From: Pseudobdellovibrionaceae bacterium | Lineage (GTDB): Bacteria > Bdellovibrionota > Bdellovibrionia > Bdellovibrionales > Bdellovibrionaceae | Assembly: GCA_039810425.1 (NCBI GenBank) | Contig: JBDHWW010000020.1 | Span: 1 to 61,936 of the forward strand | DNA: 61,936 nucleotides | Direction: 5' to 3' | Shown here: positions 1-10,477 of the stretch, piece after piece | Numbering within the stretch: position 1 is the first letter of the stretch | How the letters are laid out: every line of letters begins with the position of its first letter | Program-made: the position numbers and the translations under genes | Notes under the pieces: generated by a model | Told to the model about the DNA's origin: nothing | The model's input: the letters and a program-made list of their open reading frames with translations, nothing else | The model's database searches: none

Positions 1-6
1 GGGAGT

Positions 7-42
7 TTGAGGGGAGAGCCCTCAACAGACAGGATGTCTGTT
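7..42. repeat. Two adjacent short palindromes (REP-like hairpins)
   Basis: TTGAGGG-gagag-CCCTCAA (7-25) and AACAGAC-aggat-GTCTGTT (24-42). Intergenic and at the window edge; other copies not seen. Confidence 0.35.
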
Positions 43-240
43 TGCAGTGACTTTGCGGCAATAAAAAACTCTGTATTTTCCACCAAAGATCCCCGCCCGC
101 TTGGCACAAAACAGCCCTTCTAATAAACGCAGAGGTAACCGATGAGTTTCATGAGGCCTCCCGTCGCTTTATTATCTGTACGCAAGCTTTAGCACTTAAG
201 TCCAGTTTCTAACGGGAGGAAATCAAAGCCGGCGAAAAAA

Positions 241-1104
<864 letters not shown>

Positions 1105-1407
1105 TTAGCACCGTTTACTAAAGCCAGGCAAGAAGCGAAGTTGCAAAACCACCCCACCCCCTATCGGACCGCGTAACCCCACCCACGCGTGATTCCGTGC
1201 GACTCGGCGGTTAGGCGGTGCCCTCCCGGTATTTGAATCGAAGCGAGATGAATCCATTTCTTTTGCCTTTGGATTCTGATCCCCCATGCGTGGTTCTTCC
1301 GTACTTTCGTTTTGTCGCAGTCGAATCATGGCAATCAAAAAGTGGAGACGATGATTCCTTCATTCGAGGGCAATATAATAATTCGCGCCGGGCCGAAGGA
1401 CGCCTGC

Positions 1408-4400
1408 CTATTTCAAGCCGAGCAAGAGGTCGAAGTCCGCCTTGCTGAGGGCGTTGCTGCCTGGGCCGACTTCGGTTTCTTTTTCGGTGTTAGTGAACAG
1501 AACCTGGAACTTGCGATCTTTGCGGTCCTTCAAGAGCTCGATCTTTTCTTCCAGCGATTCATGCATGATGTATCTAAATACCTGGACCGCTTTGTTCTGG
1601 CCAATACGGTGCGCGCGGTCTGTCGCTTGATTTTCAACCGACGGATTCCACCATGGCTCCAAATGGAAAACGTAGCTTGCTTTCGTGAGGTTTAAGCCCA
1701 CACCGCCTGTTTTAAGCGTCATTACAAGCACCGCCCCGCCCGCAGTGTTATTAAACTGTTGCAAGAGGGTCTGGCGCTGTTTGGTCGGAATCCCCCCGTG
1801 CAGGGAAAACACTGGAATGCCCGCAGCCTTCAAAAGGCCCACGGTCCGCTCCAGCGTTTGCAAGAACTGGGTAAACACCAAAGCACTTTCGCCGGACTCT
1901 ACGATCTCTGCCACTGAATCCATCAGCGTTTCGAGCTTCGGCGGCACTTTTTCGTATTTCACATTCGGCAACGCCGCCGGATCCGAACACGCTTGGCGCA
2001 AACGCAAAAGCGCCGTCAGCATTTGTAGCTGCACGCTCGCTTCCCCCTGAGCGGCCATGGTTTCTTGCACCCGCTGATTGTATGAAAGCGCGATATCCCG
2101 ATAAATCGATTTTTGCCGTTCTTCAAAGGCGATACTGACTTTGGTTTCTTGTTTCTCCGGCAACTGATCAAGAATTTCTTTTTTCGTTCGGCGAAGCAGG
2201 AGCGGTTTAATTTTGAGTTTTAAATCATCCATCTCTTCGCGGGTCACCATTTCGCTATTGACGAACTGGCGGCGGAAGTCATCAATCTTACCAAGGCTTC
2301 CCGGCACGAGCAGATCCACCAAAGAATAGAACTCGCCATAATGATTTTCCATGGGTGTTCCGGTCAGGCAAATTTTGAACTGCGCCGTGAGCGCGCGCGC
2401 GCTGCTTGTGCGTTTTGTCGTGATATTTTTTAAGTTTTGGGCTTCATCGAAGATAAGAACTTTCCACTTATACTGGTTTAAGAAATTCTCATGCTCCATC
2501 AAAAGACCATAGGTCGTGATCACCACGACTTGTTCTTTGTGTTCAAGGCGGCGGCCGATACGGCCCATTTCCTTATTCGAAAATACTTCAAGAGGAATTT
2601 CCGGCGTGAACTTTTCCACTTCCGATTGCCAGTTAAAAATCAGCGACGAAGGCACCACAATCAGCACCTGCCCCATCTCGCCTTTTTCGCGAAGATCATC
2701 GAGGAACGCGAGCGCCTGTAAAGTCTTTCCAAGCCCCATGTCATCAGCAAGAAGCGCCCCTAAACGGAGCTGATAAAGATCCTGCAGCCATAAAACGCCA
2801 CGCGCTTGGTATGGTTTTAGCTCTGCCTTCATCGAAGGCGGCAAAGTTAACAGCCGGCTTGCACCGCCCAGATTGTCATAGAATTTACAAAGCTTATCCC
2901 ACTCCTCATCACCGCGCATGCCCACGCCCGACGCCCGAAGGGCCAGCAGTTCCAAAGTCTGATGACGAGGCAGGTGATAGACCTTATCGTCGGCTTTACG
3001 TTTGGTATTTTCTGCTTTGCCTTTTTGCAGCTTCTGCCAGAAGTTTTCAAGGCGGCGCAACGATGGCATCTGTTTTTGCGGCACCAGGAAAAGCTTGCCT
3101 TCGTATTCAATCACGCCGCCAGAGCCAAGGCTCAGGAACTTGTCTGGATCCACCTCTTCGCCACGCAGAAAAAATTTCGGATTCAACTCAAACCAGTTAA
3201 AATTCTTTTGCTCACCCTCAACCTGCAACAGGAAGTCGACATGGAACTCATCGTCCTGCAACTCCTGTAACGGTTGGTCCTTATAGTAAATTCGGTAGCC
3301 ATGGGGAATCACCGCCTGTAAAGCCTCCAGCGCCGTATGCACGCCGCCGCCCGCCTTCTTTTCCCCCTCCGCCACAGGAAAGTGAAAACTCGCGTCGCTC
3401 CACGCCTGACCTTTGCCGGATTCTTGATTGGAAATCTTAGAAAGCAACGAAGTCCGGGATTTTTTAAAAACTTCCCCTCCAGTCACGAGCGCCATTTTTT
3501 TCAAAATTTCATAAAGCAGGCGGAACTCGCGCTCCATCACCCCTTCAAGAACGACTTCGCCATATTCCGAGTAAAATGCTTCGCTGTTGTGCAACGCTTT
3601 AAACGTCAGTTGCACGAAATCTTCAAAACATGCAAGCACCGGGCGCGAGCAAAGCTCCGTCAACGCGAGGTCTTTAACAAACACCCCACCTTGGCCGGCG
3701 ATTAGTAAGCTCTGCACCCGCGGATGCAGGAAAAAAAACAGAGCGTCTTTTTTCACCACCGAGCCGTCCGTCAGATGACCTTCGAAATGCAAAGACAGGG
3801 TTTCCAGCAAAACGTACTGAAGAATACCCAGGTGTTTGAGCATCTTCATGTCCCACTCACGTTTTGTCCGAATGCGCGTGGCAAGGTCTTTGGCGTCCAC
3901 GTTCAATAAATAAGGCAGGCCCTGCGACAAAGCTTGTAAATACAAAACTGTCTTCGTGGACCAACCCCGGCGCACAAGGTCCTTTTGTCCATTTACCCGC
4001 GCTTGATGCTGGATATAGAAACTGCCGTTTTCCTGCAAACGGATTTCCGTCAAACTCTGATGCGGCTGGAGCGTGCGGCTTTCGCCCTCGACCTTGACTG
4101 GAATCGCGCGTGTGCGCAAATAGCGCAGCAAGGTTTTTACTTCCAGTTCGCCAGTCAAGTCCACCGTCGGCATCTGACGTTCCGTCAACCAGAGATCTTC
4201 AGAAATCCCCGAAAGTGTCTCTTGCAACTGGCTAAGTTCACGCATCCACGGATGCACAAGGACCACGCCGTCAACAGGTTCCACGGCAAACGATTCATAA
4301 AAATTCAAGGGCCGCTTGCGGAAGCTCATGAGCTTAAATTCCGCTTCGAGCTCTTTGCGCTCGCGGAAATCCACGCGCCAGTCGACTTCGTTGACCGGAT

Positions 4401-5466
4401 CAAACTCCACCGCCTGAATCTTCATGGCTTTATAAGCGGGGCTCTTTGTCTGTAAATAAAGGCCTATCTTGCGACGGTTATGATAACTCACAACATTCGC
4501 AAGCAATGCCTGCATGATCTCTTCCAGTTCATGCAATGCTTGGCTGATGAAACCCGCGCCGGCTTGCTGAATCAGCGGCCATTTCACAAACACCGATGTT
4601 GGAAGTTTCGTCTGCGGCAATAATTCGCCAGGGACCATACGCTGCAAAGGATGGCGCAGGATCTCGCGCGCGCTGATTTGCTGACCATTGCTAAAATTGT
4701 AGCGGATCATATCCGCCATGCGGTTTTGTTTATTCACTTCATTAAAGTAGTGTTCCGAATAGGCGGTGAGTTTTTTCCGGAAGACCTCGGGCAAATTCCA
4801 CAGGCGAGGCGAAAGAATCTCTTTGCCTTTTTCGACTTCGATCAGTTTGTACTTGGCAAAATTCTCATCCAGCAATGCGCCAAGGGCCGGGCCTTTTAAG
4901 AGTGGCGTTTCATCAAGAACCAGACTCAAAGACTCCAGCAGCACACCCACGGTGGCCGGATCGTTATACCGGGGATTATCAAACGCGCCGAGAAATTCCG
5001 GCCCTTTGATTTCCTCGGCGAGATGTTTAAGATCCGGATGCTGAAGGTCTTCGGCTTCCATCGTGGTGACTTGCCATAAAAGAATAAAGCTCGCCCACTG
5101 ATGCGGGCAAGTCGCGGCGGAACGGCCATTTTCGGTGCAATGAGAGCAGGAAAAATTCAAAATCCCCTGGGGCTTTTCTTCGACAATCCGGACGGTGACC
5201 TTGCGTTCAGTGTTCCAGAAAAAAATCAGGGACATGATTCCCGGCTCAACACTTTTGAGCTCATAACCCTCGAGGGCGCCGCTCGCGATGAGTTTTAGCG
5301 CCTCTTCATAGGGCATGCGCTCGCCCAAGGGCACCCGTTCGCTCGGATCCTTCAAGTGGGAAACATTTTGCAAAGTCATGGGAATCAGAAACAATTTAAG
5401 CCCTTCAGGCCCCTGTTTTGGCCATCCGGTAGAATGCACAATCTGGACCTCGAAGTCACGCGCCAT
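1408..5466 (-). CDS. SNF2-family DEAD/DEAH helicase with N-terminal SWIM-like Zn finger
   Basis: LLADDMGLGKT (motif I), DEAQ (II), TGTPMEN (III), GGVGLNL and QATDRAHRIGQ (V/VI). N-terminal CSHC...CPH. Confidence 0.93.
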   Translation of the reverse strand: MARDFEVQIVHSTGWPKQGPEGLKLFLIPMTLQNVSHLKDPSERVPLGERMPYEEALKLIASGALEGYELKSVEPGIMSLIFFWNTERKVTVRIVEEKPQGILNFSCSHCTENGRSAATCPHQWASFILLWQVTTMEAEDLQHPDLKHLAEEIKGPEFLGAFDNPRYNDPATVGVLLESLSLVLDETPLLKGPALGALLDENFAKYKLIEVEKGKEILSPRLWNLPEVFRKKLTAYSEHYFNEVNKQNRMADMIRYNFSNGQQISAREILRHPLQRMVPGELLPQTKLPTSVFVKWPLIQQAGAGFISQALHELEEIMQALLANVVSYHNRRKIGLYLQTKSPAYKAMKIQAVEFDPVNEVDWRVDFRERKELEAEFKLMSFRKRPLNFYESFAVEPVDGVVLVHPWMRELSQLQETLSGISEDLWLTERQMPTVDLTGELEVKTLLRYLRTRAIPVKVEGESRTLQPHQSLTEIRLQENGSFYIQHQARVNGQKDLVRRGWSTKTVLYLQALSQGLPYLLNVDAKDLATRIRTKREWDMKMLKHLGILQYVLLETLSLHFEGHLTDGSVVKKDALFFFLHPRVQSLLIAGQGGVFVKDLALTELCSRPVLACFEDFVQLTFKALHNSEAFYSEYGEVVLEGVMEREFRLLYEILKKMALVTGGEVFKKSRTSLLSKISNQESGKGQAWSDASFHFPVAEGEKKAGGGVHTALEALQAVIPHGYRIYYKDQPLQELQDDEFHVDFLLQVEGEQKNFNWFELNPKFFLRGEEVDPDKFLSLGSGGVIEYEGKLFLVPQKQMPSLRRLENFWQKLQKGKAENTKRKADDKVYHLPRHQTLELLALRASGVGMRGDEEWDKLCKFYDNLGGASRLLTLPPSMKAELKPYQARGVLWLQDLYQLRLGALLADDMGLGKTLQALAFLDDLREKGEMGQVLIVVPSSLIFNWQSEVEKFTPEIPLEVFSNKEMGRIGRRLEHKEQVVVITTYGLLMEHENFLNQYKWKVLIFDEAQNLKNITTKRTSSARALTAQFKICLTGTPMENHYGEFYSLVDLLVPGSLGKIDDFRRQFVNSEMVTREEMDDLKLKIKPLLLRRTKKEILDQLPEKQETKVSIAFEERQKSIYRDIALSYNQRVQETMAAQGEASVQLQMLTALLRLRQACSDPAALPNVKYEKVPPKLETLMDSVAEIVESGESALVFTQFLQTLERTVGLLKAAGIPVFSLHGGIPTKQRQTLLQQFNNTAGGAVLVMTLKTGGVGLNLTKASYVFHLEPWWNPSVENQATDRAHRIGQNKAVQVFRYIMHESLEEKIELLKDRKDRKFQVLFTNTEKETEVGPGSNALSKADFDLLLGLK

Positions 5467-5612
5467 TTATAGACTAAAGACATATCTGACGAGGGCCAAG
5501 AGGCCGGTTTTGGAGCCTGTGGCGATGGTATAGAAAGAAATGTTCGATTTACAGACGTTGGGGAAGCTCATTGGCTTTAAAAATCAGCGGCTTATGCCGT
5601 AAGTAAGCGTAT

Positions 5613-6950
5613 ATGGACCACGTCAGGGTTGAGTCTTCCAAAACTATGCTGATTTTAAAGGCGCAAACTTATAGTTTGGCAGCGACGGAAGTTTTCTTGC
5701 GCAACCGTGGCTGGAGACTTTTTACAACGACCGATGTAAAAGAGGCCCTCCTTAAGCTCGTCGAACAAAAATTTACATACGTTCTTCTCAGCGTTGATCA
5801 TCCGAATAAAAAAACCTCTCTTTTGCCGCAGTTGATCCGCCATAAGTTTTCAACGGTGGTGATGTGCTACTCCGAAAACACTTCCACTTTGTCATACAAC
5901 CGTCTGAACGCCGCGGACTGCGAATACAAAATCTATGCACCGGTGACCGGCCCTGCGGTGGAACGCACGATCACGAAATACTTGCGCGATCTGCAAACTC
6001 GGAGTTTGCTGACGATCAAGCCCGACGCGGTCGAGTCCCTGCTCTATCGTCCGCCGCATGAAGATCCCCGTATAGAGTCCACCGGCGTGTTTGTTAAAGG
6101 CAAAGGCCGTTCCCGCGGTTTTGGCTCCGTGACGGCAAAAGACCAAAACTTTAACGAGATCGAAGGCCGCATCCGCAGCGAGCACCGCAAAGATCCAGAG
6201 TTCCAGCAGCGCCATTTCTCACAAAGAAAAAAACGCAGCGATGCGCTGGATACGATTATTGCGCGCGGTTCACAAATGTCACTGCTTGAAAACGTCGAGT
6301 TCCAGGACGGTATCATAGAGCATCCAGTGGAAGAGACCATCCACTCCGGCTGCATCATCGTCGAATCCGAACGCTTTTCCGGTTATCTGGTGACAGCCAT
6401 GGGCCACAACGAGCACATTAGTGATGAGTTCCTCGCAGGTGTGAAGAAAAAACTTTTTAAATACCTCAAAGACAACGGCGAGCATCTCACCGAGAGCGAG
6501 GCCCTGGATATTACACTAAAACCTGTGGCATTTGAGCCTTGGGCGCTTGAGTACGCGGACTTCCTAAGAACATCCGTGCATAAAGGCGATGAGGTGGCAA
6601 TTGCCTTCTTCCCTCGCCGCCCGGTTTATGTGACACTGGAAAACTCCGTTCACAAGGACATGGCAACGATTCACCTCAAAGATCTTAAAGGTGATCGTGA
6701 GGTGAATTTCGATTTGTATCTTTATTTAGCCACTAATAAAAAATATGTGCTTTACACGCCCCAGGGCAGCGTCTTCTATCAAAAGCAGCTCAATCGCCTG
6801 AAACAGCAGGGAGTGACCCATATGCACATCCCGAAGACCGCCACAGAGGCAGTGGCAAAGTACAATGCCCAAAACTACCTCAATGATCTCGTCGAGGCCT
6901 TTGACCAGAGCGAATATGCTCCCGGCAAGGCCCTTGAGAAGAGCGCGTAA
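5613..6950 (+). CDS. Hypothetical signalling protein: degenerate receiver-like N-terminus plus a C-terminal domain of the kind found before HD-GYP domains
   Basis: 445-aa ORF. REC-like pattern with Ser at the Asp position (YVLLSVDHP). C-terminal VNFDLYLYLATNKKYVLY segment resembles the middle of 45262..46644. Confidence 0.6.
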   Translation: MDHVRVESSKTMLILKAQTYSLAATEVFLRNRGWRLFTTTDVKEALLKLVEQKFTYVLLSVDHPNKKTSLLPQLIRHKFSTVVMCYSENTSTLSYNRLNAADCEYKIYAPVTGPAVERTITKYLRDLQTRSLLTIKPDAVESLLYRPPHEDPRIESTGVFVKGKGRSRGFGSVTAKDQNFNEIEGRIRSEHRKDPEFQQRHFSQRKKRSDALDTIIARGSQMSLLENVEFQDGIIEHPVEETIHSGCIIVESERFSGYLVTAMGHNEHISDEFLAGVKKKLFKYLKDNGEHLTESEALDITLKPVAFEPWALEYADFLRTSVHKGDEVAIAFFPRRPVYVTLENSVHKDMATIHLKDLKGDREVNFDLYLYLATNKKYVLYTPQGSVFYQKQLNRLKQQGVTHMHIPKTATEAVAKYNAQNYLNDLVEAFDQSEYAPGKALEKSA

Positions 6951-7086
6951 TTCACCATTGACTTGAACAAACGCGGGACCACCTGAGTCGATATTGCAAG
7001 TGCCAGAACGACGTTCATCCGTTTGGATTTCTGTCCCTGAGAAGACCATCACCTTCTTGATTTTGGCCACTAGCCACACCCGCCTG
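6951..7086 (-). pseudogene. Remnant of a trypsin-like (S1) serine protease gene
   Basis: Minus strand reads AGVASGQNQEGDGLLR in one frame, then TEIQTDERRSGTCNIDSGGPAFVQVNGE in another. GDSGGP is altered to IDSGGP. No His/Asp catalytic region and no credible start. Confidence 0.7.
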
Positions 7087-7088
7087 GC

Positions 7089-8810
7089 TTACTTCGTCTC
7101 TTGATTTTGATTTTCTTCGCTGACGATTTTTTCAAGGGCCTTATCAACCGCCTGAGCGATTTGCAGCTTCTTCTGATTCGCCATCCATCCTGAGTTTTCC
7201 GCGCGGACTTTCACCAACTCTTGTTTCGCAATGGGATCTTTGAAGAAATTTAAAGCATTTGTGCCGGCCTCTTTCAGGTCCTTGTCGCTAGATCTCAGCA
7301 AGTCGAGAATCTGTGGCAAAGCCGGGGCACCGATCTTGCCAAGAGTCTGGCTGCACCACTTCCGCACTTCAGAATCTTTATCACGTGCGCATTGAGTCGC
7401 CGTTTCAAGAGCCGCATCAGGCTCTTCGGATTTCACATCCATTTCCGCCAGGGCGCGGGTCGCCACCGGTTTAATGAGGCGTTTAGGCTCTGTGACCTCT
7501 TGGCGGATGGCCAGGAAGCCCGGATGACCTAAACACTCCAGCGCATCAATCGCCGGGTCGTTTTGATCACCGGTTTTAATCGCGGCCACAACGCTTTCGA
7601 TATGCGGCTCAGCCATTTTTCGGCTCTCCTTCGGCAGTGAGCAGATCATACTGATCGCGCGTCGGCTTGACGGAGAACTATGCCCGAGGTTCGCAGATAC
7701 GTACTCAGCCACAAGGTCCTCGCGTTTTAACTTTTTTACCAGTACGCGCGAAGCCACCGCGCTTGTCTTATCGTTATCTAATAGACCCGTCAGCCGCTTC
7801 ATCGTCCACTTAGCTTCGTCCTCACCCAACTTGGGCAATACGATCGCCGCAGCCTCGATCACTTCGACTGGCTCTTTTTCCGAGATTCTTTTTACGAGCA
7901 AGTAGCCAATGCGCTTCACATCGTCACGCGGGAACTTCATCATGGCGCGAACCGCAGCCGCACGCACTGGTGCGCTCGGATGATCGGTCATGATTTTTGC
8001 CAATTTCGGCAAACCCACAACGGATTTGATCTCAATACACTTCATCGCCGCAATCGCCCAGTAGACCGTGTCTTCGGGGCCAGTTGGAACGAGGTTTGTT
8101 TGAACTTCTTTGCTCTGCTCCTGGCAAGGTTTGCCGGACTTCACTGCCTCTTGAAACTGAATTGCGAGTTCGCTCTTAGCGGCAACTTCGGTCTTAAGGG
8201 CTTCTTCCTCCACCGGTGGCTCTTTAGCGACTTCGCTTTCGCCGACCGCTTTCACCTGTGGAACCATCACGAACTCTGGCCGACTCGCGACGTAAGCATT
8301 AAAAACCATGTTACCCAGAAAGATCGCCGTGATGGGAACCAAGGCAAACACCGGAATGCTCAATAAGAACGCAGAAAACCGGCTAAACGCCACCCGCGAG
8401 CACCACACCAGAATCGGCCCCATGATGCTACGAACGATGATGAACAAACAAATTGTGCTGATGCCGGGAACGACAGCGCCATGCCAGACCACCGGAGCCC
8501 AAGGAGCTTGGCCGGCCATATAGAAACCAAAGGCCACTCCCGCCGCTAAAACTGCGCGCAGCAACCAACCCCATGGAGATCTTTTCAAAGCGCTCGGCAG
8601 TGAATGGGCAATCCAAATTCCAGCTTTACTGAGAGTCGCGAAGTTCGCATAGAGGCAAGCCGCAACACCCACCCAAAGACCGTACCAAACGTAGGTTGCA
8701 TATTTATGCTGAAAGTGAAAGCTCATCCCGTCACTGACGATGGCTGCAATAATCACTATAAACAGCAGAAACCATGGGACAAGCAATGCCCGCAGCACAT
8801 TTATTTTCAT
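7089..8810 (-). CDS. Membrane protein with ~5 N-terminal TM helices and C-terminal HEAT/PBS-like repeats
   Basis: Hydrophobic N-terminal ~170 aa, then repeats such as PSAPVRAAAVRAM and DSEVRKWCSQTLGKIG. Start moved to ATG 8810 (GGAGG SD). Confidence 0.7.
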   Translation of the reverse strand: MKINVLRALLVPWFLLFIVIIAAIVSDGMSFHFQHKYATYVWYGLWVGVAACLYANFATLSKAGIWIAHSLPSALKRSPWGWLLRAVLAAGVAFGFYMAGQAPWAPVVWHGAVVPGISTICLFIIVRSIMGPILVWCSRVAFSRFSAFLLSIPVFALVPITAIFLGNMVFNAYVASRPEFVMVPQVKAVGESEVAKEPPVEEEALKTEVAAKSELAIQFQEAVKSGKPCQEQSKEVQTNLVPTGPEDTVYWAIAAMKCIEIKSVVGLPKLAKIMTDHPSAPVRAAAVRAMMKFPRDDVKRIGYLLVKRISEKEPVEVIEAAAIVLPKLGEDEAKWTMKRLTGLLDNDKTSAVASRVLVKKLKREDLVAEYVSANLGHSSPSSRRAISMICSLPKESRKMAEPHIESVVAAIKTGDQNDPAIDALECLGHPGFLAIRQEVTEPKRLIKPVATRALAEMDVKSEEPDAALETATQCARDKDSEVRKWCSQTLGKIGAPALPQILDLLRSSDKDLKEAGTNALNFFKDPIAKQELVKVRAENSGWMANQKKLQIAQAVDKALEKIVSEENQNQETK

Positions 8811-8893
8811 TGAGTCCTCCAGTTCACCAAACCTCAAAAATAAATGAATTCGCAGGTCTAGGTCCAGCATTGATGACCTTTTGACGCGCCCCT

Positions 8894-10339
8894 TTATGGA
8901 TGAAGGGCTCTGTGAATAAGAGATTTTTCTCCGGCCGCGTACTTTCTGGCGTCTTCTTGACGGATTCGTTCGAGGGTTTCACGCAATTGGGCGTTGGTCA
9001 TCGGACGCTGATGCTTTTGGAAATAGACTTCGTCTTGTTTGCGAATCTCTTCCAAAAGGTCCTCAGCCACGCTGTTCAGGACTGTCATGACACCCAAAGT
9101 TTTTGCCGGGATCTCTTTGTCGATATTTGGGGCCCCGGTCACCAGGCGTACCAGCGGCCACAACGGGGTTTTGCGGCTTGGTTGAACCAGGTATTTCGCG
9201 GCCGTGGATTTCAGCGTGTCGTGGAAATTGTAATGCAAATCACTCATCCAGCGCATGAGCTCTGACAGAATCGCATCCTTGTGGCGTGAGTCACGCAAAA
9301 GACGATAGTCCTTCCAATCCAGTACCAAGTCAAAATTTGGATCAGTCTCCAAATCATCTGGTGTAATGATATGGCCTTTTTTCAGATTCATCTTATTGAG
9401 AAAATCCGGGTTGTCCAGAGTCAGATTCGCCGGGTTCATCGGAACCTTGACCTGCCCCAGTGAGGCCTTATCGTAAGCGTAAATGGCCAGCTCCACGCAT
9501 GACATCTTTGAGTAGTCCGCGAAATTCATGCTGTAGTCGTAACTAATTTTATCCCGCGCCGCTTTGTTGGCAAAGTCCGTGGCCTTCTGCCCCATTGTTG
9601 CGTCCTTGGGCCGTAACACCAGCAACCGCGCATTTTCATTCTTAAGCGCAAAATCAATATCGTAGTGAGCGACGCCGACCCCCACATAGGATTCCACCGT
9701 CCCGACTTTTTGTGTTTTTGCATTAACGTCGACAAACACCACGTGGCTGAAGTGTGAACGGTTGTCACTGATTTGCGAGATGATCGCGCTGATGAAAGAA
9801 ACTCCGCGGGCCAGCATCAAATCGCCGGCCTGGAATTTGAACTGAGGATCATCTAAATCCGGGCGCACAAAATACGGCGGATAAGCTTTGCGGTCGTAGA
9901 TCGGCACAGGTTGCTTTTGGAAATCAAGTTTCGCCGGGTTTTCTTGTTTTACCGAGTAAGCGAAATCGCCAAGATAGTCTTCGCCATCGCGAAGCTTATG
10001 AAACACATCGCGAGCAAGGATCACGCAGTCTCTCTTCACATCAGGGAGTTTTCTGTGGATACTCAAGCGAAGCTGCCAGAAACTATTGATCGTATCCATC
10101 GCATGCGCTTTCAGGTCGGCGTTGGTATACGCATTCCAATCGATGTTGCGCAAATTTTGTTGCAATGAAGCGAGCGTGCCTGAGCATGTATTGCGGTCAT
10201 AGTTTGGCGAGGTCACTTCAGCAAGAAATTGATTCATGTCCTCTCGGATGACTCCAGAATCCACCGACGAGGGTTTGCGCAAGGTCGAAGCGCATCCAAA
10301 ACTGACGACCAATAAACCAAAAACCAAATTGCGAATCAT
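8894..10339 (-). CDS. Lipoprotein, permuted papain-like NlpC/P60 amidase (YiiX/YebB family)
   Basis: Lipobox-like SFGC. GDLMLARG, FSH (His) precede YDY...MSCVEL (Cys), the permuted order. Start ATG 10339 after GGAGGG. Confidence 0.8.
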   Translation of the reverse strand: MIRNLVFGLLVVSFGCASTLRKPSSVDSGVIREDMNQFLAEVTSPNYDRNTCSGTLASLQQNLRNIDWNAYTNADLKAHAMDTINSFWQLRLSIHRKLPDVKRDCVILARDVFHKLRDGEDYLGDFAYSVKQENPAKLDFQKQPVPIYDRKAYPPYFVRPDLDDPQFKFQAGDLMLARGVSFISAIISQISDNRSHFSHVVFVDVNAKTQKVGTVESYVGVGVAHYDIDFALKNENARLLVLRPKDATMGQKATDFANKAARDKISYDYSMNFADYSKMSCVELAIYAYDKASLGQVKVPMNPANLTLDNPDFLNKMNLKKGHIITPDDLETDPNFDLVLDWKDYRLLRDSRHKDAILSELMRWMSDLHYNFHDTLKSTAAKYLVQPSRKTPLWPLVRLVTGAPNIDKEIPAKTLGVMTVLNSVAEDLLEEIRKQDEVYFQKHQRPMTNAQLRETLERIRQEDARKYAAGEKSLIHRALHP

Positions 10340-10477
10340 GCGCCCTCCAAAACCGATTTCTCTCTCCAATTTCTATTTTCCAGCGCGAAGCCCTTGGGGT
10401 CTACGCGACCAAAGAAGTGATTCGTCGCCCTGCGTTTACATGGACATCAAAGGACGGTTTGCTATGCTGATGGGACT

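Noticed and set aside
1105..1400. Possible small ORF or ncRNA between kdsA and the SNF2 gene
   Set aside because: The short ORFs lack motifs, and only a brief ACCCCACCC duplication is visible. I could not support any RNA family.
1408..5466. SNF2 helicase as part of an anti-phage system
   Set aside because: No methylase, nuclease or other defence genes flank it; the neighbours are kdsA and a signalling-type protein.
6726..7079. 117-aa minus-strand ORF as an intact gene
   Set aside because: Most of it is antisense to 5613..6950; only the intergenic part carries the protease remnant.
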